Source: an uncultured bacterium
Lineage (GTDB): Bacteria > Oederibacteriota > JAAXVQ01 > JAUVAV01
Reading direction: 5' to 3'
DNA: 64,000 nt
Assembly: GCA_963710755.1 (NCBI GenBank)
Contig: CAVQBK010000003.1
Span: 608,001 to 672,000 of the forward strand
Below the pieces are notes generated by a model. The model searched no databases, was not told the DNA's origin, and saw only the letters and a list, made by a program, of their open reading frames with translations. Made by a program: the position numbers and the translations under genes. Shown here piece by piece: positions 28,065 to 37,008 of the stretch; position 1 is the first letter of the stretch; each line of letters opens with the position of its first letter.

Positions 28065-28778
28065 ATGTCAATTGCCGATGCCCTAAGGAATTATTATCGC
28101 CGGTCAATGGTCGCTATCACGAATCAATTCCTAACCGGTCAAAATGAAATAGTCACCAATAATCAGGAACTGATAGAGATAGTCAAGACCGCAACCAGGA
28201 GTGATATCAGTGACCATTTGCCCACGCTATTTATTGAAGCCCTGACCACCAGAGGCCAAACCATGGTGGAATTGGGAACGCGCGGCGGTGAAAGTACCTT
28301 TGCTTTGGAAAAAGCAGCTAAAATAAAAGGCACTACTTTAGTCAGCGTGGATATTGAAGGATGTGACCATGAGCATAAATATGAAAACTGGATTTTTGTA
28401 AAAAAAGACGATCTGCTCTTTGCCAATGAGTTTGAAAAATGGTCCGAAGCCAACGGTCTTGATTCAAAAATAGATTTTTTATTTATCGACACCTCCCATG
28501 AATACGACCATACCAAAAAAGAGATCAAAAGCTGGTTCCCCTTATTAAACACCCACGCCAAAGTTGCCTTTCATGATACGAACATGAGTGAGCTATACAC
28601 ACGGGCCGATGGCAGCAAGGGCCTTGGTTGGCATAATGACCGCGGGGTTATCAGAGCAATTGAAGAGTACTTGAACGTTCGTTTCAATGAAAAAAAGAAT
28701 TTCCAAACCGTCATGGACGACTGGGTGGTGAGACATTGGCATAACTGCAATGGTCTGACGATTTTGGAGAAAATATGA
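28065..28778 (+). CDS. Class I SAM-dependent methyltransferase (Methyltransf_24-like)
   Basis: VELGTRGGEST; LVSVDI; IDFLFIDTSHEY; FHDT. Confidence 0.85.
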   Translation: MSIADALRNYYRRSMVAITNQFLTGQNEIVTNNQELIEIVKTATRSDISDHLPTLFIEALTTRGQTMVELGTRGGESTFALEKAAKIKGTTLVSVDIEGCDHEHKYENWIFVKKDDLLFANEFEKWSEANGLDSKIDFLFIDTSHEYDHTKKEIKSWFPLLNTHAKVAFHDTNMSELYTRADGSKGLGWHNDRGVIRAIEEYLNVRFNEKKNFQTVMDDWVVRHWHNCNGLTILEKI

Positions 28779-28881
28779 TTATCAGCTGTGGTGACGATAA
28801 CAATTCAGCCATCGCCTGTCTTATAGCTCTTTAATTTTTTAAACCATCAAGCCGTACCTTATTAAAAATAAGGAGAGAATT

Positions 28882-29481
28882 ATGCTTAATCCAATCAAGC
28901 GTTTGGCTGTACTGCTGATTGTGATTCAAGGTCTGGCCGCAACAGCCATGGCCGATCGCCGTGATTTTGAGGAAACAGTTCCCATGGCCCTCAATGGTGC
29001 GGTGGTCGGCAGTTTTTTTGGATTTTATCAATACGGCATGAGCAAAAACATGAATCCCAAATTAATCGCGATCAGCACGGCTTATGGCCTGGCCTCGGGC
29101 GCGCTATTGGGGGCAGGTCTGGATGTCACGGAAATGCTCTCATACCGGGAAATTGCGGGAGGCAGAATCAGCGAGAGTGTTGTGCTGGGCGGCGTGGCAG
29201 GCGCCTTTTTCGGTTCTTTTTGCGCATTTATTCCCTATGCACTGGATGATGTCATGGAAAACAGGAATTTCTATCAAGCGTTTATCGGCGCCGGTGTGGG
29301 AGGCGTTATCGGGGCTTCTCTTTGGCTGACCGTGACCATGTTGACCGAGCCGCTGGTGGTCACACCTAAGGACAATCTGAAGATGAAAGTGGGCCTCATG
29401 CCTGAATTGGATTGGTTGAATGTCAAAAGAGGTGAACAGCCGCCCTTGTTTGCCTGTCGTTGTTTGGAAATTAATTTTTAA
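28882..29481 (+). CDS. Exported Gly-rich membrane protein, function unknown
   Basis: AGGAG RBS; signal peptide ending AMA; several GxxxG hydrophobic segments. Confidence 0.65.
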   Translation: MLNPIKRLAVLLIVIQGLAATAMADRRDFEETVPMALNGAVVGSFFGFYQYGMSKNMNPKLIAISTAYGLASGALLGAGLDVTEMLSYREIAGGRISESVVLGGVAGAFFGSFCAFIPYALDDVMENRNFYQAFIGAGVGGVIGASLWLTVTMLTEPLVVTPKDNLKMKVGLMPELDWLNVKRGEQPPLFACRCLEINF

Positions 29482-29766
29482 GAGCCGCTTGTGAAAACGT
29501 CGTGCTTTAGATTTCCTTGACCCGATAAAATGTTCCTACCAAAGCATTTTCCATAAAGCCCTGCCAGCCACGATTTATCCTAATTCTTTATAGCTCTTTT
29601 AGTCATGGAGAAACTGGTGCCCGTCACCAAGAAAAATTTCGCGTCGTTCTGGCAAGGGTCTGTGCAGCCGGAGATGGGTAAACTCTATTCGGACACCTGG
29701 ATGACAGTTAGACACGTAATAGCTGGCACAAACTTTCGGGCAGAAATGGAAACCCGAAGGCATGAC

Positions 29767-29932
29767 ATGGAAATTCAAATCCGAAAATTATTAGATAATG
29801 ATATTGAGCAAATGGGCATACCGAAATGGCCGATCTGGGAAAAGGAACCAAGCCGGTTTGATGGGGGCTAGGATACCCAGGAACAATGCCCTTTTTTAGA
29901 GGGTGACGCCATAATTCAAATCCCGGACGACG
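29767..29932 (+). pseudogene. Degenerate, truncated cupin (DUF861/Cupin_3-like)
   Basis: MEIQIRKL...MGIPKWPIWEKEPSRFDGG*DTQEQCPFLEGD resembles WPIWEKE.SRF.W.YD..E.CY.LEG; TAG at 29869-71; similarity ends at the TonB receptor 3' end. Confidence 0.6.
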
Positions 29933-32164
29933 CTAAAAATGCAGGGCGTAATCCGCGCTCAAACGGTAAATACGCTTGCCGGACAGATAGTCATCGTGGA
30001 CTAGGTCATAGTCGCGGGCGTTTTCGAAAATGTTCAGCACGGCCAAAGTCACGTGCCAGTCTTTTGCATTGATACCCATGCTTACATCGTATTCCTTCAG
30101 CCAGGGAGCCTTGACGACACTCACGGCGCTCTCGTTCTGCCGTACCAGCTGGGGATAACGATCAGTGTGGGCATAAAAATTCAGGAAATAGATGTCCTGA
30201 TGCAGCCCGAGCATGGCGTTGATGATATCGACATCGCCTTCCGCCCAGGCCGCATGCTGGGGCTGGACCACGGCGTATAAATTTTCCCGGGTGTAATTCA
30301 ACGTCACATCCAAAAAGGGCAGGGGCTTTAACTTGGCTTCCAATTCCAGGCCGCGGCCGATACGGGAATTGGCGTTCGACCAGGAAATTTCGCCGGGCGC
30401 GGCATTAAGCTGGCTGGAATAGATCAGGCCGGGCCCAGTGAGCAGGGGACTGAGTTGGCTTAAATCGGTGGTGTATATATACAAGGGTGTGAAGTGCTGG
30501 TCAAATTGGATATCGTTTTCGGTGATCCAGTAAAAATAGCGGCCGGTTAACTCCGCCCAATTTTTGGGTTTGTAACTCAGGCTGGCCTCGCCCTGCTGAA
30601 TGCCTTCCGGCTGCAGGTCGCGATTTCCGAGTGCTTTGAAGAGGCCATAGCTCTCGTCCGTGAAGCGTTCCAGAAACGCGGGCGCCCGGTAGGCGCTGCC
30701 ATACATCAGCTTGGCCTGCAGGTTGGGAAGCGGATTGTAGATGGCGCTCAGCCGCGGGCTGAAATTACCCTTGTAGTCCGTGTTGTAGTCGTAGCGCGCG
30801 CCAGCCAGCAAGATCATGTTATCCAAAAGGTGGTATTCATCCTGCAGGAAAAAGGCGACATTTTGATCCGACTCGCTGCGATCATAAAAATAATTAAGCT
30901 GCGCCCAGTCCCAGGTAAAACTCAATCCGGCCAGCAGGTAATTGTTTTGGGGCCAACTTAGGTCATACTGGGCTTCAGCCAGGAATTCGTTCATAGGGCC
31001 GTCACCGATGGGAATGACCTGTCCGGCGGTGTCCAGATGCATGAGGCTGTTCATGTCGATATAATCACCACCCACGGCATTGGTGGCGAGTTGAGGAAGC
31101 CCTCCCTGGTCCGAGAAAATCAAGTTCGCGCCCGGCGGAAGATCGGCGACACTGTTGATGGCATGACGCTGGATATCATAGGCCGCCGACATTACCGTGC
31201 GGTTGCGGTAATAGGTGTCCTCCAGCCGCAAGCCCAGTTTGGAATTATCGTTGAGTTTCCAATTAACGTTGGTATCCGCGAACCATAGATCCTCCAGCCC
31301 GCGGTTGTCCGGGGTGGGTTCGGAAAAGGATCCGATCCAAGGTTCGGACATGCTTTCATAGCCGGTCCTCAAGCTCCAGATGTCCTCATAGGCAAGGTTG
31401 ATATGCGCCCGCTTGCCGTAATAGAGTTCATTGGTCCGGTCGATGTTGATCGGGTCAAGGCCGAACTCACGCCAATAGTCCGCGCTGACCACATAGTCCC
31501 AGGGGCCGGTTTTCTGGCCATAACTCAGGGAATACAACTGGCCTAGCTCTTTTTTTCCGGCCAGCAGCTGGTCCAGTTGGGATAGCTGCAGGTCGTCCAT
31601 TTGATTGCTTAGGCTGACTGTGGTGTGCAGGCCGTTCAACTCCTGACCGGTTTTGGTGATGATGTTGACCACCCCGGCATAGGCATTGGCGCCGTAGAGT
31701 GCGGAGCCGGGGCCTTTGATGATTTCAATCTGGCGAATATTGGTGAGCGGCAGGCTGTAATCCGGGGGGTAGTTGCCGAAATCCAGGAGGTTTAGCTTGC
31801 GCCCGTCAAGGAGCACCAAAATCTTGTTGTTGTTGTTGGACTCAATGCCCCGGAAGCGTATGGATGGCAGGACGCCCTCATTGGCAAGGGAAATGCCGCA
31901 GGTGTTGAGCAGAAGTTCCCGTAGAGTCAGGCTGCCTTTTTCACGAATCTCCTTTTCCGTGATGACCATGACGCTGCCCGGAACTTCCGACAGTTTTTCC
32001 AGGTGCTTGGTGGCGGTGATGGTGGTGTATTCCTCGAACAGCAGGAGTTCGCGGGGAGAAGAGCCAATGTCAAAGGTTGCCGCTTGGTCGTCGGCCCAGA
32101 CGGACGGCGTCCAGAGCAGGGGTATTATAAGAACTGCTGTAAGCAGTTTTCTGAAGTCTGACAT
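29933..32164 (-). CDS. TonB-dependent receptor
   Basis: Signal peptide; plug motifs ITATK...VIT..EI, LVLLDGR, IEIIKGPGSALYGANA.AGVVNIITK; C-terminal Phe. Confidence 0.92.
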   Translation of the reverse strand: MSDFRKLLTAVLIIPLLWTPSVWADDQAATFDIGSSPRELLLFEEYTTITATKHLEKLSEVPGSVMVITEKEIREKGSLTLRELLLNTCGISLANEGVLPSIRFRGIESNNNNKILVLLDGRKLNLLDFGNYPPDYSLPLTNIRQIEIIKGPGSALYGANAYAGVVNIITKTGQELNGLHTTVSLSNQMDDLQLSQLDQLLAGKKELGQLYSLSYGQKTGPWDYVVSADYWREFGLDPINIDRTNELYYGKRAHINLAYEDIWSLRTGYESMSEPWIGSFSEPTPDNRGLEDLWFADTNVNWKLNDNSKLGLRLEDTYYRNRTVMSAAYDIQRHAINSVADLPPGANLIFSDQGGLPQLATNAVGGDYIDMNSLMHLDTAGQVIPIGDGPMNEFLAEAQYDLSWPQNNYLLAGLSFTWDWAQLNYFYDRSESDQNVAFFLQDEYHLLDNMILLAGARYDYNTDYKGNFSPRLSAIYNPLPNLQAKLMYGSAYRAPAFLERFTDESYGLFKALGNRDLQPEGIQQGEASLSYKPKNWAELTGRYFYWITENDIQFDQHFTPLYIYTTDLSQLSPLLTGPGLIYSSQLNAAPGEISWSNANSRIGRGLELEAKLKPLPFLDVTLNYTRENLYAVVQPQHAAWAEGDVDIINAMLGLHQDIYFLNFYAHTDRYPQLVRQNESAVSVVKAPWLKEYDVSMGINAKDWHVTLAVLNIFENARDYDLVHDDYLSGKRIYRLSADYALHF

Positions 32165-32494
32165 GTGCTTCCTCCTCAATAGGTATGACGAAAGTATCGG
32201 GTGAACTGATGATGCCTTTAGCCTTGTAATTTAAGATAGTACAGGTCCATGGGACCTATTCCGAAAGACCATATTCTCATGCTCAATATCTGGCAAGCAC
32301 GATCCGTTGCGGCAAATAGCGGGGGGCACCAACATGCCGGCAACACCGATAATGGTGGAGGAAAAATAGGGTATCCTGGAGTGAGGAAGAAAAGGCATTT
32401 TGTAGATAACTGCACGAAGAAAACTAAGAGGATTTTGACATTCTTCTGACCGGTTACAAGATTTAATTAATAATGATAAAAGGTTATTTTGGCC

Positions 32495-32525
32495 TTGACT
32501 CTTACGTTACGTCAGCATCTATCCT
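32495..32525 (+). promoter_or_regulatory. MerR-type promoter with 19-bp spacer and dyad operator
   Basis: TTGACT-cttacgttacgtcagcatc-TATCCT; dyad CTTACG-TTA-CGTCAG of the tipA/mta type. Confidence 0.85.
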
Positions 32526-32547
32526 TTACTTAAAGGAGGCTGAGGTT

Positions 32548-33309
32548 ATGCTCTACCAGGTCAAACAAGTTGTGGCAATATCCGGTGTCAGCGTGCGCAC
32601 GCTGCACCACTACGACCAGATCGGCCTGCTCAAGCCTGCATCGGTCAGTCCGGCCGGCTATAGATTGTATTCACAGCACGATCTGGAGAAGTTGCAGCAT
32701 ATCCTCTTTTACAAAGAACTGGACTTTAACCTGGAGGAAATCCGGCATCTGCTCGATTTGCAGGGCCAAAAGAAAAACAAGCTTCTGCAAGCCCAACACC
32801 GGTTGTTGCTGAAAAAGCAGGAGCGCCTGAAAAAAATCATTACCACGCTGGAGCATATGATGCATCCAAAGAAAGGAGCAAAAAAGATGACACAGGAATC
32901 TATATTCAAAGCTTTTGACAACAGTGATTTTGAATCCCATCAAAAACAGTTTGCCGCTGAAGCGGAAAAATTATATGGCCATACCAACGCTTATAAGGAA
33001 AGCCGGGCCAGGGCCAAGAAATACAGCAAACAGGACTGGGCCAAAATCATGAATGAGGGTAATCGTATCTATCAGGAAATCGCAAATAACATGGATAAAG
33101 CCCCTGATCATGAGGTGATACGAAAATTGGTCCGGGCGTGGCAGGAGCACATCAGCCGTTATTTTTATGAATGCAGCACGGAAATGCTAAGCGGCCTGGG
33201 GGAGCTGTATGTCAATGATCAAAGATTTACAGAAAATATCGACAAAATCAAACCAGGGCTGGCCGGTTACCTTAATAAAGCGATTGCCAGCTATTGTAAA
33301 AAAGCTTAA
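32548..33309 (+). CDS. MerR-family regulator with TipAS domain (Mta/TipA-like)
   Basis: SGVSVRTLHHYDQIGLL.P....GYRLY; C-terminal GLGELYVNDQRFTENIDK; AAGGAGG RBS. Confidence 0.92.
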   Translation: MLYQVKQVVAISGVSVRTLHHYDQIGLLKPASVSPAGYRLYSQHDLEKLQHILFYKELDFNLEEIRHLLDLQGQKKNKLLQAQHRLLLKKQERLKKIITTLEHMMHPKKGAKKMTQESIFKAFDNSDFESHQKQFAAEAEKLYGHTNAYKESRARAKKYSKQDWAKIMNEGNRIYQEIANNMDKAPDHEVIRKLVRAWQEHISRYFYECSTEMLSGLGELYVNDQRFTENIDKIKPGLAGYLNKAIASYCKKA

Positions 33310-33742
33310 TGTGTAATAATCCAAACTTAATCGTGCCATCATTGTCAGATCTGCATGATCGCGGGGTAGACAAAGGCATCAAGTCCGAAAACTTATCTTT
33401 TTTGTTTTGAAAACTATCCCGTTAGGTCTATGGAGAAAGTATTTGCGAAAAGGACTATTTTTATCACCTTTTCGCAAGCTAAGGCTGCCCTCCTTCGGCA
33501 GCCGTCTTTCGAAATAGACCTAACCAAAAAACAATCAACGTGGAAAACTCATCCTGCTGCCGCATGGTTTTCTCAAGGGCGCTGGCCGTGCTTGTCAGAT
33601 CAAGTTTGAACTAATTCAATTAAAGCAATAGAGAACACTGCTCCACGCCCTCTCCAAAGATTACAAGTCTCATCTCAACATCACGAGGATCAATTTTTGC
33701 CATTGGTCAGCAAGTTTGATCCCTGTGGTCACAAGTTTGGAT

Positions 33743-33766
33743 TGCCGGTGGCTGGCACCAACCGGT
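33743..33766 (+). repeat. 24-bp direct repeat, copy 1
   Basis: TGCCGGTGGCTGGCACCAACCGGT; matches 36866-36889 at 23 of 24. Confidence 0.8.
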
Positions 33767-34041
33767 CACACAAAAGTTTAAAAGAAACACTTGAACCGGT
33801 TTTTGAACAACTGGAAGGATTTGATATGAAACTCCAACGAACGGAAAAGATTGAACAAGAATTGTACGAGGGGAAAATGTAATGGTTTGGAATGCTAGTG
33901 GCTTGCACCGATTCACAATTACAACAAACGACCTGAGTAAAGCCATTGATTTTGATCAATATGTGCGTATGAAATTAACAGATGCAACTGATGACGGCGG
34001 TCTTCCAGGTATTAGGTTTTAAATTTATTAAAATTATAAAT

Positions 34042-35649
34042 TTATTTCATCCCATCTGCCGCCGGTTCACTTTTTCTCCTAAAAACCACCACATACTCCG
34101 ATTTTCCGTCAAACGTGTACTCCCAATATCTACCCCAAGCCTCATATTGTTGCTTAAACTGAGGCAGGTGGTACAAGGCGGTCTCGCCGACCCAGTAATC
34201 AGCTACAAATTTATCCTTTTCCGGCTTGGTTCTGGTGGTCAGGATCACATAATCCGGATGACGGGCCAGGATGGCCTGGGGATCGTTTTTTTCGTGGAAT
34301 CGTTTATTTAGTTTGGCCACCGTTGGATTGGTCAAGCCTACCATATCAATAATCGTAAAATTGGAATAATAGCCCAAGGCGCCGATGTGATTGGCGGCAA
34401 TGACTGATCCAGCCGGGGCATGTTCAGTAAGGTATTGGGCTATTTCCCTGTGTGTCTTGATGATAAGCGCTTCAATATTAAAGGCGGGCTTTTTAACCTG
34501 TAATTGCAGCAACCCTTTCAAATCACTGGAACCAATAAAGGTATGACGCATTGGGAAAAGAAAAATAACCATCAGTAGCAGAATCATTCCGATGCGGGCA
34601 TATGCATTTTTAACAAAGCTTTGGTTCAACCAGTCCCAGCTTTTAAGAAACAGGTGGGCAACAGCAAGCCACAATAGGGCCAGCAAGGGAACAAAAAACC
34701 TGAAATACCACATCCAATCGCCACCGATAAAAATGATCAAAGCCGTGTATCCTACCAGATAGGCTGCGATTAGGTTGCGCAGATAAGCCAGCGGACCTCG
34801 CATCAAAATCAGCCCGATGGTACCCATGATCATCAACCCATAATAATGACGGGCAAAAGAAAGAAAATAAGCCATCCCGACATGCCAGGGGCTACCGCCA
34901 AGTTTGGCGTAATAGGTGTTGGATATCCATTGACCATAATAAGCGTGCCTAATCAGAAGGGCAACAAAAAAGGCACTCAGGACCAGCACGCCCTCTTTCA
35001 ACAGTTTTCGGGATAAAAGAAGATCGGGATTTTTTCGGAGAGATAACCATTTAGGCAGAAGCGAAAAACCATAAAACACGATACCTTCAACGCGGCATAA
35101 AGCCAGTAAAATAAAAACCGCCCCGGAGACAGTCCAAGTGGATTTGCTTTCAATATCTTTTAGTTGGGTTAAAAGGGATAGGAGAATTAAAAAAGCATAA
35201 AGGGAAGTTTCCATGCCTGACGCTGACCAGAAAACAAAAGCGTAAGACATCGAAAAAAAGAAAGCTGTTGCAAATGCTGTTACAAGTGTAGCTGAAGAAG
35301 ACGGGCGTAATTCATTTTTGACCATCAGCCAGAACAGACTTATTGTTCCGGCACCGAAAAGCACACTTAAAAGTTTGCTCAGAAGCGGCAGGCGGGCACG
35401 AAAAAAGGCCCCTATGGCCAGCAACAGCACCCAAAGAAAATTGGAAAAACCTTCCACCCGTTCACCAAGATTGAATACCAGCCCATGACCAGTGGCCAGG
35501 TTGTACGCATAGCGCAGGGAGATATACAAATCATCAACTGTGGCATGCTGGAAATGATAGCTGGCCATGAGAAATAATAGAATGATAATCCCCAAGCCTG
35601 TTTTGGCCACGATCGTCATAAGGGATTCAGGGTGGAGTGTCTTATTCAT
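34042..35649 (-). CDS. Polytopic GT-C-type glycosyltransferase (AftB-like)
   Basis: DDLYISLRYAYNL..GHGLVFN.GERVEGFSNFLW; SGMET; R.EG; GGDW...RF..P; IDMVGLT. Confidence 0.75.
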   Translation of the reverse strand: MNKTLHPESLMTIVAKTGLGIIILLFLMASYHFQHATVDDLYISLRYAYNLATGHGLVFNLGERVEGFSNFLWVLLLAIGAFFRARLPLLSKLLSVLFGAGTISLFWLMVKNELRPSSSATLVTAFATAFFFSMSYAFVFWSASGMETSLYAFLILLSLLTQLKDIESKSTWTVSGAVFILLALCRVEGIVFYGFSLLPKWLSLRKNPDLLLSRKLLKEGVLVLSAFFVALLIRHAYYGQWISNTYYAKLGGSPWHVGMAYFLSFARHYYGLMIMGTIGLILMRGPLAYLRNLIAAYLVGYTALIIFIGGDWMWYFRFFVPLLALLWLAVAHLFLKSWDWLNQSFVKNAYARIGMILLLMVIFLFPMRHTFIGSSDLKGLLQLQVKKPAFNIEALIIKTHREIAQYLTEHAPAGSVIAANHIGALGYYSNFTIIDMVGLTNPTVAKLNKRFHEKNDPQAILARHPDYVILTTRTKPEKDKFVADYWVGETALYHLPQFKQQYEAWGRYWEYTFDGKSEYVVVFRRKSEPAADGMK

Positions 35650-36600
35650 TTAGTATCCAACAGCGATCCAATAAAAATAAGTTGCTGCCGTACTTGATCC
35701 TGCCGGCCAACTTCCCTTTACCGTAAAGCTGCTATTGGTTACATTGGTTACCACCATGATAAACATGGAGTTATCTCCGCGTCCGGGAATGCAAACGACA
35801 TTGGGCACATGGGAAAAGCTGGCCGGAAAGGTAATTGTTTTTGATCCGGAAGGAGAATCGGCGGTCAACCCTACGCCTGAAATGATAATGGGATTATTGA
35901 CCTGAGCTGGGGATATATCTTTATTATTGCTAAAATAAACCTTGGCAGCAAAGGGGGCTTCACTCTGGGAGACTGCTCCGGCGGCGATGGTTCTGGCGTC
36001 CACAGCATCAGTTTCAATATTGGGGGCCGTGATACGTTGACCGCTGGTGGTGGAGATATCAACGCCGCGAACATTGCCATCGGCAATTTTAGCCGTGGTA
36101 ACCGCATTATCGGCGATTTTGTCGGTAATGACCGCACTGTTTTCCATTTTGTCGGCCGTGACCGCATGATAGGCGAGTTTGGCATTGGTGACAGCACCGT
36201 CACTGACCGTGATGGCATTATTGGCGCACATGGCATAGGGAACGGCGCTAAGAGGCTGACGCGGCGCCATTTCGGAGTCAGACCCGACTTTTACCCCCAG
36301 ATAAAGGGGCTTGGTGAAATCAAGAATGGACACGCCTTCAACCGTCTTGCTTCCCAGGGCAACGTTAAAGTAGCCCAGCTTAGTGGTGACATCATGACTT
36401 TCCTGCCAAAGATAGCTGCCGCCTGTTGCCACATCATAGATTCTAAAACTGATGGTGTAATTGCCATCGCTCAAAGGGGCACCGTCTTGCTTGGTCAGTC
36501 TGCCCTGGTAATTGATTTGTGGCGGTACAGCAGCTAAGACCATTTGCGCACCGGAAAGTAGAAGTATTGCCAACCACAACATTATTTTTTTTCTGCTCAT
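35650..36600 (-). CDS. Secreted fibre/adhesin-like protein
   Basis: Signal peptide; PPQINYQGRLT...PRQPL..VPYA domain; AVT..KIAD repeats; C-terminal ITFP.SF...P...F..YWIAVGY fibre/lectin-like end. Confidence 0.65.
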   Translation of the reverse strand: MSRKKIMLWLAILLLSGAQMVLAAVPPQINYQGRLTKQDGAPLSDGNYTISFRIYDVATGGSYLWQESHDVTTKLGYFNVALGSKTVEGVSILDFTKPLYLGVKVGSDSEMAPRQPLSAVPYAMCANNAITVSDGAVTNAKLAYHAVTADKMENSAVITDKIADNAVTTAKIADGNVRGVDISTTSGQRITAPNIETDAVDARTIAAGAVSQSEAPFAAKVYFSNNKDISPAQVNNPIIISGVGLTADSPSGSKTITFPASFSHVPNVVCIPGRGDNSMFIMVVTNVTNSSFTVKGSWPAGSSTAATYFYWIAVGY

Positions 36601-36865
36601 TAAAATTCTCCCTCTTGTTTTGATATGACTTTTAAGCCAAACCGGCGGATTAGGTTAGAAAGATTTATAGCACAGATTAGGGCTTTTTACATCAGTGTAG
36701 AAAATCACAGGTCGGATTAAAATGGATTTCTTCATATATGGCCTCCTTTAAGCGGGTTTACTTCTTTGGACAGAAAACCCCTAAATTTATTTCATGATTT
36801 TTCAATAAAATGAGGGCAGCGGATTTTCTTACGGTCGCCTCGACAGGCTCAGTGGCCAAGGCCAA

Positions 36866-36889
36866 TGCCTGTGGCTGGCACCAACCGGT
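36866..36889 (+). repeat. 24-bp direct repeat, copy 2
   Basis: TGCCTGTGGCTGGCACCAACCGGT. Confidence 0.8.
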
Positions 36890-37008
36890 TGACGATTTTA
36901 AACGCCTAAGGCCAGGATGATGGAAAATGCATGGAAACCACTTGTACTTTTAGGCCCGGTGGGGTACAAAATATTCACACCACCATCAGGTTAGGGAGGA
37001 CCAGGCTG

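Noticed and set aside
25594-29871. Stop-codon reassignment, selenocysteine or pyrrolysine to explain the in-frame TGA/TAG codons
   Set aside because: TGA and TAG end many conserved genes here (ftsH and folD TGA; nuoL TAG); the codons are not at catalytic sites and other decay accompanies them
33310-33960. Short ORFs after the MerR gene
   Set aside because: No recognisable family; probably intergenic or decayed sequence
36600-37008. SAM riboswitch upstream of the yitJ-like gene
   Set aside because: No S-box consensus recognised by eye; an Rfam scan would settle it
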